Source: the human T2T-CHM13v2.0 reference genome, Homo sapiens | Direction: 5' to 3' (one strand) | Length of the DNA stretch: 64,000 nt | Assembly (NCBI RefSeq): GCF_009914755.1 | Contig: NC_060934.1 | Part shown: in pieces, positions 34,041 through 49,100 of the stretch | Layout: each line of letters opens with the position of its first letter | How positions within the stretch are numbered: the first letter of the stretch is position 1 | Notes under the pieces: generated by a model | Database searches by the model: none | The model's input: the letters and a program-made list of their open reading frames with translations, nothing else | What the model was told of the DNA's origin: nothing | Translations under genes and position numbers: made by a program

Positions 34041-34692
34041 TTCTGATAAGCCAGGATTTTCACAACAGTCCCTACTTCCTCAACTGTGAGGAGTAGTGTT
34101 ATTCATCGTAAAAATCTACCCTTGGGGGGGCACAATATCTAGTGTCAATCTATCTCAAAAGGGAATGAGGGAATACATGGTGGTTCTCAATCCTGGCTGT
34201 ATCAGAAACACCTGCGAGCTTTACTAACTACACAACACTCCAACCAAGAACAAGTGAATTAGAAAGAAACTCAGATGACACAATGTCCAGCCAGCTTGGG
34301 TAGCTAACACCAGGACTGCAACTGAACAACAAAAGTTACTTTGCAAAAAGGCAGATACTTTACTACACCTAAAACATTATTTGCTTGCTGTGGACTAGTT
34401 CTACTGTCTTGAGTGAATGCGTTTGTGTGTTGTTGTTTTTTTAATCCCACGTTCTCAGTCATGTAACAGATAACTGCAGTATCTAAGCATACATGTCTTT
34501 AGAATGCCATTTGGTTAAAGTTCTTTCCAGACTTAAGGGAGTGTAAAGGTAATCAATTAGCACCACAAGGATTTCTGCCTAACATGTCTTTTAACCATCA
34601 ACAGATGCCATATAACTTCCTAAAGCTCTTGGCTATAACTACTTTTATACTTAGAACAAATCGAGTTCATGTTTTACTAAAACAAAAGCTTT

Positions 34693-35292
<600 letters not shown>

Positions 35293-36295
35293 GTGGGGGG
35301 AGGCGGGAGCGGGGGTCTTTTCTGTCTCACATGTATAAGGAAAGGCCAGCATTACATCTTTATACTTTCTCCTTTCTGAGCACAGACCTCTGAACTTCTC
35401 CTCTGACCACAGAGCCCTCTATTGTCAGCAACTTTCTACCCTTTTCTGTGGACAGGGAATCAAGTCCAGTCTTTGCTTTGCCAATAACCAGCTGGGTAAG
35501 CTCAGACAAATAAAAGCTCTGCCTATTCCCCAACCTGTAAAATAAAGGGGAAGTACAAGATCTACAGGCACCACTGCTCTTACCATTACACTATCCTTAG
35601 AGCCCACAAAGCATCCATTCCCTCTGCACCCTGTGTGGTGGGGGATTCCATCCTTCCAATATGTTTAAAGACTTTGGCTCAAGAGTCACAAGCTCATAAG
35701 CCTATGGGAGCCAGGCAGGTAAATGAGGGACAGGATGAGTGGGTGCCTGCAAGCCTGAGAGCATGAACCCTATCTAAGGAACAGCTGCCACTGGCGGCAT
35801 ACAAGCTTGCTCTGGCCCAGGCTCCCCAGGTCTCAGGAAGCACTGCACGTTCCCACGTTTTATGCAGCATCTTCTCAATTTCTCAGGCTGGCCATGACAG
35901 ACATCATTAAAACAATGTGTTCTAGCCTTCTCCCTGCAGGCAGGGCAAGCCTCATAGGACCCAAAGTACATCAGTCCTTCCAGACTGCTGACACCTGCAA
36001 GCACAAAGAACTACCACCTTGTACTCTGTAGTCAAAATTTATTTAACTGAAGCAAGTCTGAGCACAGCAATGAGAGATTGCTATGTTTATTTTTTTTTGA
36101 ACGACAACAACAAAAAAAACAGTCCAAGTTTATATACATAATGATTTATAGGCACTTTGAAGCCTTTAAGGTTTTCTTTCTGCTCCCGGTCTCTCATCTC
36201 TCCATTCCCAATCATACACACTGTTGCCAGAATAACATTCCTCCAGCCCTGTTACGAAACCCCGGCCTGCTGGAGAATGAAAAGGTTTCCCTACT

Positions 36296-36411
36296 GCAGG
36301 TGAAACACAAGTATGCAACCCCCTCCCTCCACCACACACACACACACACACGCACGCACGCAGGTGAAACACAAGTATGCAACCCCCTCCCTCCGCCACA
36401 CACACACACAC
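36296..36411. repeat. Near-perfect 64-bp tandem duplication ending in CA repeats
   Basis: gcaggtgaaacacaagtatgcaaccccctccctcc at 36296 and 36360. Confidence 0.95.
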
Positions 36412-37356
36412 CACTTCCATCCAACCCCTCCAGACTCAACCATTACCACATACTGGGCACAGGCCTTTTCAGCACCCGATATCTGACAAGCAACATTCAA
36501 CATGTCAACCCGGAGACAATACAAGATCCTTGCAATGCATTCTGGATCAACAAGTAGGTATATTAAGTCTAATTTATTAGACTCTAGGCATTTCGAGGCT
36601 TCACAGTATGTATGATGAATCTGTAGGCAAGAAAAACACAGAGTAAAAGCCCTTTATTCTCTATTTTTCTATCTAGTTAAGAATTTACCAAATTTACCAT
36701 ATGTAATAAAATACTGTTTTTAGAAAACACTCAAATTTAGGCTCTTGAATATTTGACAAAATTATATACTGCTTCAAATACATACAAATATTCTTCAGGA
36801 AGCCTGTACATTAAATAGCAAATAAAGTATCTAAAGGATTCTGACGCTAAATGTCATTTCTGAACGTTTTTGTAATTTAGAAAAATAGTCACATTAGCAG
36901 CCAGCTAGTCCCACATCTTGAATACTTTCACAGAACTGCAATGACGCAGGGGCACTTCAGGAAAAAAAACACCAAACCTCTCTTCAACCCTGAAATGTGC
37001 CCTAACAGATGAATAATAAAAATGGAAAATATGCACCTCAAAGTACTCTCCACTTTAAACTGACACACTTGTGTTTGTCCTAATGCTGCTAATCAGTTTC
37101 CAGTAAATATGTCACATTGTTGTCTATTTCTAAGTGCTCCCAATTTGGATGAAGTCATCCCAAGCAGCAGTAAAAGGCTTTTATTGCCCAGCAGAATACA
37201 ACCATTTCTGTACTTGCCTTTTGTTTCTCATTACCTAGATGTAGCAGTCAAAAAGTCCAAATTTTCAGGAGGTACATTAGTTTTTTAAATGGTTTCTCAT
37301 ATTTAATGTAATATTCTAGGTTTCATATCAGGCAAAATTATCAAGTTAATCTCATG

Positions 37357-37694
37357 CAGCCATGTACTGCATAACATTTCAGTCAACAACAGACCGCACA
37401 CAGACAGTGGTCCCATAAGATTGTAATACCGTATTTCTACTGTACCTTTTCTAGGTTCCGATATGTTTAGAAACACAACTATGTACCACTCTGTTCTAAC
37501 TGCCTGCAGTATTCAGGACAGTAACAGGCTGTACAGGTTTGCAGTCCAGGAGCAACAGGTTAGACCACACAGCCGAGGTGTGCAGTAGGCTCTGCAACCT
37601 AGGTTTGTGTAAGTTCACCCTATGATGCTCGCACAATGAAACTGCCTAACAACTCATTTCACAGAATGAATCCTCCTTAAGCGGCGCGTGACTA
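37357..37694 (+). mobile_element. Tigger3a/MER7A MITE
   Basis: cagccatgtactgcataac...ggtcccataagattgtaatacc...ttaagcggcgcgtgact. Confidence 0.87.
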
Positions 37695-37753
37695 TGAATA
37701 TAAATCCTTAAAATGCTGAATGCAGCCTACGCTTTTAAAGATATGATGCTATT

Positions 37754-38131
<378 letters not shown>

Positions 38132-39012
38132 CTATAAATAGTAGAACTTGATTTAATATAGAAGGGTCTCCTACAGTAAATGAACCTGACAAGTGCCCCA
38201 AAAGTTTCCACTTAATTAAAAATCCACTAAGGAAATTACACACACAAATTAACTTCATTATGCAGCGAGCAGTCTCCTGGAGGAGCCGGAAAAGTAATCT
38301 GACCATGGTCCAAGGAGTTCCTTGTACTTCACTCCTGGCTGTTGTGTACGCATCTGTGATGCATCCCCAGGGAGAGATTAAATTTAAACGGATTGGAAAG
38401 AGAAGGAAAGATCCTTCCTTCCGATAAAAACACATCCAACATCACCTCCCTCCCCTAGAAATCAGGGGCTTTCAACAATGTGCTTTGGAGAATTTTAATA
38501 GGTTTTATAGCCTGAACCAGACCTAAAGAGCAATTCATTAAGAATTTTAGTGTGTTTCTTAAAATGCTCAATAAAATAAAATAATGTCTCAGGGCTATAT
38601 CCTCACCTAAAATATTTTATAAAGGCCAAAATAAACCTGATACCAAAATCAGACAAATATGTATACATCTTCTCCCTCATGAACTAAGGTACAAAAATCA
38701 GCAACAATATATCACCAAATTAAATCCAACAATATATAAAGAGAAGTGGATGGTATACAAAAGCAACGCATCTACAAATCTCACCTCTCTCTCTCCAAAA
38801 TCCAATTTTTTTTTTCCTAAAGGATAAATTAACCAGACCTGGAAATTAATGAGTTTGCAGATTGAAAAGTTTTCACCAACTTTAAACTGCACTGTACAGC
38901 TATAAATTTACATAATGCAGGACTACTTTTTAACAATAATATAGAAATCAGGGGAAATCAATTTTTAAAAAAACAAGATGAAGCCAAAGGCAGTCTTCAA
39001 AATATACTCCAT

Positions 39013-39300
39013 GGCTAGGAGCTCACGCCTGTAATCCCTACACTTTGGGAGGCCCAGGAAGGAGGATGGCTTGAGCCCAGGAGTTGTACACCAGCCTGGC
39101 CAATACGGCAAGCCATCGTCTCTACAAAAAAATTTAAAAATTAGCCATGTGTGATGATGCATGCCTGTAGTCCTACCTGTACTGGATAGGCTGAGGTGGG
39201 AGGCTCACTTGGGCACAGGAGTACAAGGCTGCAGTGAGCTATGACTGCAACACTGCACTCAGCCAAGGTGACTCTGTCTCCAAAATAAAATAAAATTGAA
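39013..39300 (+). mobile_element. AluJ
   Basis: Diverged dimeric Alu. Confidence 0.9.
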
Positions 39301-40920
39301 ATTAATAAAAATTTAAATTTGAAAAACGTACTCCATTAGGTCCTGCAAAGCGAGTAGACGCTGTGAGGATTCCAGCAGCCTTAATGAGCGCATACACACA
39401 AGGAAAGAACCACAACTATTCATTTCTCTTGTGAAATTCTTAAACCAACCCACAATTTGACCCGGTTATATAGCTCTATTAGTGTAAGTACACAACATTG
39501 TGCCCCAAACTTAAGAATTTCACAGCTACAAACTTCTACGGGCAGGGTTTCCATATGATAAAGATATTTGTGCATACTTGATTAAGTCATCATTATAATC
39601 ATCTGTTGAATACGCTATGAGCAATTTTTTTTACGCTGTTTTCTCTCACCTTTATAATGATCTTCCAAATCAGAAAAAAAGTCAAAATATAAAATTAAGA
39701 CATCTTCTTTTAGGAATTCTTCTACAGAGCAGGCCTGAGTTTCAACTTGCATGGCATAAAATGTATGCAAAGAAAATGTATTCTGATATGAGACCCTCAG
39801 TTGCCTACAGACTTCAATCAACTCATTTGGAGAGCTGTTCACTACCTCTTAGTCTTTTCAAGTCTTATTAGTCTTTACACAATCCACTGACATGGACAGC
39901 TATAAAAGTTACACTTGCTGCTCTAGCGCTGACTAGACAAATTTGTAGTGATTAGCACATTACCTGAACTATCATTCCAAGTTTGTCTGAAAGCAACACA
40001 AAAACCTATAGCTACATGTCCTATAAAGTTTCTCATAAAATGACCACACTTTTGAGGTCGTAAAATAAAAGTACTTATTTGCCATTAAAATCACAGAACT
40101 TAAAGGGATTGCAAAGACTCTAGAGGTCACCAACAATTGAGAAAAGTTGAAGTTCAAAAATCAAGAAGTAATTTTTTTCACAATCAAATAGTAGTTGAAT
40201 AGCAATATCCAACATTCCCATCTCCTAATTCCTTCTTCCACAGTCTCCTAGTTTTTTCATCATGCCACATACAGCTTACCAAAATCTTTATTTTTAATTT
40301 AAATCACAGGAAAGGCAAATGCTGTAATGAGTCTGCAAATATTTACAAGAGAGGAGTGAAGAAATAAGCCCACTAAATTCAGTGAGACAAGTATAATGAG
40401 AAATAATCCCAAGGCTCATTTTTCTCAGTTTCTCAGAATTGATAGGACAACAATAAAAGGAAGGGAAGAAATTTTGCAAGACTAACTCTCAAAAAGAATA
40501 GCTATTTGCAGAATGAATCACAGCTATTAATCTTTTCTTGAAAAATATATGACAGCAGGGTGTTTTCCCTGTCTCTAACTTTAAAAGGCCGGCTGCCAAA
40601 GGGCTATTCGATGAAAACATTACATACCATCATTGAGATATGCACTCTTTCAACCTGAGAACGCTTATTGAAAGGTAAGAAAAAAAAAGAAACGCAATCT
40701 TCTGAAAACATTAAACTACAAAACAGTCACATTAACAAAAGTACAGCTAAGCCTCACAATGCAGGTCTTCTCAAGTACATGCAAAAGTAGTAAAATGGAG
40801 ACACTCTAGGGTAGGAGGCCTGAAGTAAACTGCACTAATCCCTTTGTCCACCCCCACCCATACAAATTGTCTTTGAAGTATTTTGTGAGATATCTTGATT
40901 TTATTTTTAAAATACATACA

Positions 40921-41220
40921 GGCCAGGTGCAATGACTGACACTTATAATGGCACTTTGGGAGGCCAAGGTGGGAGGACAGCTTGAGACCAGGAGTTTGAG
41001 ATCAGCCTGGGCAACACAGCAAGGCTCCATTTCTACGAAAAAATTTTCTTTTAATTAGCCGGGCATAGTGGCATGTGCCTGTAGTTCCAGCTGTTTGGGA
41101 GGCTGAGGCGGGAGGATTGCTTGAACCCAGGAGTTTGGGGCTACAGTGAGCTATGATCATACCACTGCACTCCAGCCTGGAGGACAGAGCAAGACAATCA
41201 ATCAATCAATAATAAATAAT
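40921..41220 (+). mobile_element. AluJ
   Basis: Dimeric Alu with (CAAT)n tail. Confidence 0.92.
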
Positions 41221-41989
41221 TAGTAATTGATTAATCGGTGATAAATAGGTAAATGAGTTAAAATTCATATAGAATTTATGTTACGCCATAATATTTGCCT
41301 TTGCAATACGAAAGTTGAGCCTTCAAATAAATGGAAAACCACCCCTCACAAACCCATACCTCCCTCAGCAATACTCACACCCAGTGTGAGGAACATACTG
41401 GAAGGCCACTACAAATAGCAACATGAGGGACAGCCATCGGGCACCAGGCAGACGAGGGACCCACGGAGGAGCTCCTCTATGAAGACTCCAGTCTAGTGTC
41501 TCTTCCCCACCTCCCACCCTCTCTTTGAACTCCCTCTCTCTTCTGCCCTCTACAGGAAACAAGGTGATATCAAAATAAAGGGGTCTGGGACAAGGAAACA
41601 AGAAGCTCACCTCTATCAATGGAAAACATAAAAGTCTCACTACTACAATGAAATATTTGCCTGCCTCTACTTACACTTTATACCAAAGTTCAAAGTTAAC
41701 ACCGTTAATCACCATCCACAAAAGCATGACTAACCAAGTGAAGATTAACTAGTCATTTCCTGATTACAAATGGAAGTAGAATTTTCCCAGTATCATTGAC
41801 AGTGACTATTAGAATGTGTTGAAAGTCCCTTACAATCACTCTTCCAAAAATGCTTTAAGACAAAATTTAAATAAAAATTTTATTCACTAACAGCTGTCCA
41901 AGATTCCAATACAAACATAATTCTACGTTGTGATTAAAAAGAAAAATTATTCAGCTTAAAAAAACAACTAGTGACAAACATGATTAGAG

Positions 41990-42306
41990 TTTTGTTTTGT
42001 TTCTTTTGAGATTGAGTCTCACTCTGTCACCCAGGCTGGAGTGCAGTGGCACCATCTCGGCTCACCACGAACTCCTCCTCCCGGGCTCAAGCAATTCTCC
42101 TGCCTCAGCCTCCCAAGCAGCTGAGATTACAGGCGTGTGCCACCAAACCCAGCTAATTTTTATATTTTTAGTAGAGACGGGGTTTGAGATCTGTGGGGTT
42201 TCCCCATGTTGGCCAGGCTGGTCTCGAACTCCTGACCTCAGGTGATCCGCTGGTGTTGGCCTCCCAAAGTGCTGGGATTATGGGCGTGAGCCACCGCACC
42301 CTGCCA
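41990..42306 (-). mobile_element. AluS
   Basis: Antisense Alu; TSD ttagagtttt. Confidence 0.94.
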
Positions 42307-42754
42307 TGGTTAGAGTTTTTATCAGGTATTTGTTCTGGAAAGCAGACTCAAAATTAATATAAACCATCTTTCTCAAAACTCCTAATATAAAGCTAACACC
42401 AATTCACAAAAGAAGAGAGTAAATTATGCTTCTGCGAAAGTAAAATCAAAGCTGTTTTTTTTTTTTTACCATAAGCAGTCATAGAAAGAACAAAGCTGTT
42501 TTATACTTATTTCCCATTGACAAAATTAACCCCAAACATAACAATCACTTATTCAGAAAAAAAAGTGTAAAAAGTAACCATATGGTTTTAATGTTTCCTA
42601 ATCTCCTAATTTATTATTTAGAATGTTAAAACTTATTTCTCAGGTTCAAAAAAATCCTTTAAAAAACTTTTACTATAATGCCTTATCAGTTACTCAACTA
42701 CTAAAAAGTAAATTCATTATATCAACAAAGCACTACAAAAAGGCATGTGAGTGA

Positions 42755-43099
<345 letters not shown>

Positions 43100-43129
43100 C
43101 ATATGGGGCATTTTTAAAATAAAAGAGAA

Positions 43130-43900
43130 AACAAAAAACTTCACATGCTGTGTTGAAACAACTGGCTTTCCTATTGGAGGAGTGTGGGGAAGAAATTAGG
43201 TCCCTACCTTACCAAATACAAAATCAATCCCATATGAATTCAAGATTAGATTCAAAATGCTTTCTTTCATTAATTTTAAACTATTAGATATAAAAAGAGA
43301 ATATGTTTGCAATTTAAGGTGAGGCCTTCTTAAGCAAGACACTAGATGTTAATACGCAAAAGCCAGAAAGTTTAACATTTCTGTACAAAGTATGGTATAT
43401 GCCATTTTAAAAAGTTAAACAGCAGACAAAATACAGAAAATATATTTTCAATGTGTACTGCATTTAAAGTTACTATTACAAAGGGCTTATGGGAAAAAAA
43501 AAAAAAAACCCCAAGAGCAAAATGGATAAATTAATAGGAAATTCTGAGAAAAGGATGTAAACATGTGAGAAAACAGTAAAATTCCCTGGTGCTAAGGGAA
43601 ATTAAGGCAATGATGATGTAGCACTTTTTGAGTATATCCAAACGGACAACAGAAAATAATAAGTAGATAACCTAGTATTCACGAGAGAGATCAATTATCT
43701 TTTTTAGGGCAATTTGTCAATAATAAGACATAAGTTGTATGTTTCTTTTGCTCTAAGCTACTCGTAGCTTCCATACACAAGAATAAAGCTGTAGAGATGC
43801 TATAGCACTAGTTATTTACAGCAGAAAATTTGAGAAAATATTCTTTTCATTAAAGGAATAAAGTTATGATAGGTTCATATGACAAGATATTATGGAATAT
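43130..43900 (+). mobile_element. Old L1M ORF2/3' fragments
   Basis: tccctaccttaccaaatacaaaatcaatccc; ggccttctaagcaagacac; degenerate A-rich L1 pattern. Confidence 0.55.
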
Positions 43901-44417
43901 GCAATAACGATTACAGGACTCCTCACTAGCTGCAAATTGAAATTCTGACTCAATCTGACATTGAACCCCAATACAACTAACCACATTCAAAGTTCTGTCC
44001 CTGCTCCTTGAATGATCTGTTCCAACACAACAGATCTGCTGCCAGTCCCAAAATCTGGCTTATATTAAGCATTCCATCTCCTGGGCTTCATCAGCAATGA
44101 ATATCAAAATGGGCTAACCTACCCACATGGGCTTCCAAACTTTCCCGTAAGAAAATAAAGTAGATATATGCAATGATTTATCTGAAAAGATTCTCATCAG
44201 GCCCTTTGCAGTATAAAAGGAAAAAAAATTTGAAACAACCCCCCTTATTTTTTATTCCTTTTAAAGTAAGTGGCGGATATCAGTACACTTTGCCTGTAAT
44301 CATTTCAGCAATGCAATATATGTACTGTAGTATAATCCCATTTTTAACAGAAATATTTTTTATATATATGGTATACACTCCACTTGTGTAATGACACTTT
44401 TCTTGGAGTAATAAAAA

Positions 44418-45018
<601 letters not shown>

Positions 45019-45149
45019 ATCAGCAGACAAAGCTATAAAAGAAATGAAACAAAAATAGATCACTTGAATCCGCACCACTGTCTGTGTTCATAAAGAAAGT
45101 GACAACTACACTGAAGAAAGAGTTATTTCAAAATGTTGGAAATAGGTTA

Positions 45150-45171
45150 CTTTATTTATTTATTAATTAAT

Positions 45172-45202
<31 letters not shown>

Positions 45203-45488
45203 CTGAGACAGAGTCTTGCTCTATTGCCCTGGCTGGAGTGAAGTGGTGCAATCTAGGCTCACTGCAACCTCCACCTCCCAGGTTCAAGCAATTCTCCTCA
45301 GCCTCAGCCTCCCAAGTAGCTGGGATTACAGGCATGCGCCACCATGCCCAGCTAATTTTTGTATTTTTAGTAGAAACAGGGTTTCGCCATGTTGGCCAGG
45401 TTGGTCTTGAACTCCTGACCTCAAGTGATCTGCCCACCTCTGCCTCCCAAAGTGCTGGGATTACAGGCATGAGCCACCATGCCTGGCC
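45150..45488 (-). mobile_element. AluS with (TTTA)n tail
   Basis: TSD aaataggt(t/g)acttta. Confidence 0.95.
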
Positions 45489-46040
45489 AAAATAGGTGAC
45501 TTTAGACATCCCAAAAGGTCAGAAGCAACAAACTCATGTCTCCCTCCCCTTTTACGGTTGAGATGCTCCACAATCCCAACTGAGAACAGCAAGACACAGT
45601 TACAGAAACAGAAATGAGAAAGCGGGTGAAGGGGAGAAAGGGGGACGGAGAGAAGCAGGGGTCTGCAGTATTGACCTGGTCCCAAGAATACGGGGTGTTT
45701 ATTTAGGTGGTTGAGCAAATAGTCAGTGAGGTCAAAGGTATCTCATGCATACAATGTGCCTTTCACTTTTCAACAGGAGCCAAGGGTTATTCTGTAACTA
45801 TGTGCTCAGGCAAGGAAGATTTCCCACTTCTCCACTAACAACAGTCAGAAGCCAAAAGCTCCACTCAGGTGCTTGGCTACATTTTGCCTTAAAGGACAGC
45901 TGAAGTGGTGCGGTTACCTCCACCCCAACAAGGACTAAGAAAGACGTCTGCCCAACACTATGGAGCCGATTTTACCACAGAGGTGAAAATCCTATCCCCT
46001 CCCACAATGAGCATTCTATTTGGGGGAGGCAAAACCACAG

Positions 46041-46340
46041 TGCTCTGGTTTGAACATTTGTGTCCCCTCCACAATTCATGCTGAAACTTAATCCCCAACG
46101 CAACAGTAGAGAGGAGGTGCCTTTAGAAGGAGATTAGCCTTAGAAAAGGGCCCTCGGCCCCCCCACCACGTGAGTGCTCAGCTGCTAGGCACCAACCTAG
46201 CAGCAGAATCCAGGCCCACACCAGACACTGGCACCTAGTTTGGACTTCCCAGCCTTCAGAGCCGTGAGAAATAAATCTGTTGTTTTATAAATCACCCAAC
46301 TTCAGGTATTTTCTTATAGCAACACGAATGAACTAAGACA
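46041..46340 (+). mobile_element. MaLR solo LTR (MST/MLT1A-like)
   Basis: tgctctggtttgaacatttgtgtcccctcc...ggacttcccagccttcaga...aactaagaca; 5-bp TSD cacag. Confidence 0.88.
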
Positions 46341-46855
46341 CACAGCAAACCAGCATGAAACATCTAGGAAAGTAGGAACACAAGAACACAGCACACCACG
46401 CTAGGGACGCCTGGGCCCGCAGGTGGTTCTCAGAACTGCCATTGAGAATGCCCACAGCAAAGGGCCCATTAGGCAAAGGCCCAGGAGGAAGAAGGCAACA
46501 GCAGATGGGGGCGTCTTGCTGAAAAAGCTGAGACTCTGGACTGCCTCATACAGGATATGGGTCTTACTACAGGCAATACCCTCGAATATTTTCTACTCTA
46601 TTCTTTCTCTGTCTTTAAAGCCAATTTTAACCTACGAAGAAATACAACCTCCTCTTCTCCCACTCTTGCCCCACCACCAAAGACAAACACACATATGCTA
46701 GACTAACCATCCTACATGATACATGCATGTATGACTTTAAGGAAAACACTTCTAATAAGATAGCTGGAGGGAATGATCAGGATTTTATAAGCACCACTAG
46801 TCCTGGGAAAGCTGGTACTAGATCCATCTACTCAGACAGGAAGAATCCCATTTTC

Positions 46856-46991
46856 GTTTGTATTTTATTTTAGAGATGGAGTCTCACTATATTGCCCAGG
46901 CTGGTCTGGAACTCCTGGCCTCAAGGGATCTTCTCGTCTTGGGGTCCCCCCAAAGTGCTGGGGTTATAGGTGTGAGCCACCTCACATGGCC
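46856..46991 (-). mobile_element. FLAM_C-like Alu monomer
   Basis: Single left arm; TSD agaatcccatttt. Confidence 0.88.
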
Positions 46992-47068
46992 TCAGAATCC
47001 CATTTTTAATAAGCTCCACAGCACATCACTTTACCTCATTAAAATACCTCATTAAAATGGAAGAAAAG

Positions 47069-47273
47069 CCAACATACGGAGACCCCATCTCTACACATAA
47101 TTTAAAAATTAACCAGGCATGGTGGCACTCATCGGCGGTTCCAGCTACCAGAGAGGCTGAACTGAGAGGATCACCTAAGCCCAGGAGGTCCAGGCTGCAA
47201 TGAGTGAGCTGTGTTCACGCCACCGCACTGCACTCCAGCCTAGGTGACAGAGTGAGACCCTGTCTTAAAAAAA
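47069..47273 (+). mobile_element. AluJ, 5'-truncated
   Basis: Linker plus right arm. Confidence 0.88.
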
Positions 47274-47589
47274 CAGGGCAGAAGAGGTCAGGGGGAGGAT
47301 GGGTGACAGAGTAAGACCCTGTCTCAAAATAAGGGGACAGAAGGGGTCAAGGGGAGGAAGCCTATTGCCACTTCACACAAAGTACTGCTAATTTTATTTC
47401 TAAAATGTTTAGAGCACATTGTAGCATAAAACATAAAACCAGAACAAGCACAAATGGGGGTGTTCAGTAAATGGTAACGATTGATATATCTGAACAAAAA
47501 TTTACAAATGGATGTAAAGTAACACTTCAGCTAGCAGAAAGTAACTCACTTTCTCCGTTTTGTTTAAGGGATCACCTCCTTAAACAAAA

Positions 47590-47890
47590 TTACCAACCAC
47601 TGAAATGTAGGTAAAGTTTTTATTACATAAAATGAAGTTGACAACTAAATGCAATGTAGCCCTCTGGACTGGATCCTGGCATAGAAAGAGGACACTAACT
47701 GAAAAACTGGTGAACAGCAAATAAATTCTGAAGTTTAGTTAAAGTCAACGTTGGTTCATTTTGACAAATGCATCACAGTGATGTAAGACATTAGCAAAGA
47801 GGATGAGGTGAGGGGTACACTCTCTCTACTATCTTTGCAGTTTTTAATAAATCTAAAGTTATTTTAAAATAAAAAGTTTATGTTAAAGAA
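47590..47890 (+). mobile_element. Old L1M 3' end fragment
   Basis: gacaactaaatgcaatg...ctggactggatcctgg...actatctttgca...aaatctaaa. Confidence 0.7.
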
Positions 47891-48179
47891 TGACCGCACC
47901 AGAGGGCTGTTCAAGAAATGAGGAAGGGATCAACCATATCAAGTACTACTGAGGAATCCAGCAAGATAAGCGTCCACCTGACTTATATTAATTAAAATGC
48001 TGAAATCCCAGGAGTGCTGGGAGAGAGGCGAGGGCAGGGGATCACAGGAACTTTGTTGCAGAGTTGCAGAAGGCCTCAGTGCTTCCCTCTGTCCCAGAGG
48101 TCCTGTGATATCCCCTCCTCTTGCCCTATAAGCATCACGGTCCTATTGCTATGAACCACCTTGTGCAACCTCAGTGGTG

Positions 48180-49100
48180 CTTTGGAATGTTCTAGAATGA
48201 ATCAAAAGATCCTCACAGCTTTCCCTAAACTTAGGAATGCATCCTAAACTACTGAGTTCAGTATGATATTCAATAAAGTGGGAGCAGGGGATAGAAAATG
48301 CCCCATGCACTGACCTCTTAAATCCTGTGCAAGATTCTATGCATAGAGGATCTCTCTGCACATACCACACAGAATGTTTTCTGAAGCTTGCTGGAAAATA
48401 TTCCCTATCTCTGTCAAAGAAAGGGAGAAAGGATAAGTCAGGAGGAGGGCAGAACCAGAGTTGGAAGGCAAGGACAGCTGCTACGGTTCACCCTCCTACA
48501 CACTGACCCGCCAGCGACTCCGTGCAAGTTCATGGAGAAGGGAAGGGAAGAAAGGAAAGGTGTCAGCTGACTTGAGCTGGAGAGAGAGAAAAACACAAAG
48601 GCGACAGCTGGTGAGAGCCTCCCGTCCCCACCCCAAGAGGAGAAAGGGAGGAAACCTGAAACCACTTCAAGACGAAAAAGAGGCAGTCCCATTGCAGCTG
48701 GCTGCCTCCTCCAGTTCCAGCAGAGCTGGCCGGCTGGGAGACAGCCCCAGCCTGCTGGGAGAGCCCCCTGGGAGCTGAGCTGCAGGAGAGGGCTCCGACA
48801 GCCCTCCTGGGTTCTGAGACAGCAGTGAATTCAAGGAGACAAGGATGCTCTGAAGGCAAAAGGATAAAAAATGGATCAGTGCATCTGGTCTCCCTGTCAA
48901 CAAACATATCCTTCTGATGCCACCTCTTTCACGACCCAAGAATCTTTTGAATCCATGGCAGTAGCACAAGACAACTTCCTTGACAATCACTGTGCCCGTT
49001 CCAACAAAATGCGGTTTTCTATCATCAGTGAGTGATAGGACTGTAACAGGTGTGTTCAGAGCTGAGCTGTTCTTCTGACTCCCGCCCCCATCTCCCCCTC
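48180..49100 (-). promoter_or_regulatory. Candidate enhancer or internal promoter (E-box cluster, TEAD sites, GC box)
   Basis: CAGCTG at 48475, 48564, 48605, 48695; GGAATG at 48184, 48234; CCCGCCCC at 49081; no recognisable repeat, GC/CpG elevated. Confidence 0.45.

Noticed and set aside
48492-49044. Assignment to the SVIL muscle-specific first exon
   Set aside because: The layout seemed compatible, but from memory the MIR938 hairpin should lie downstream within this window and I could not find it; no gene symbol assigned
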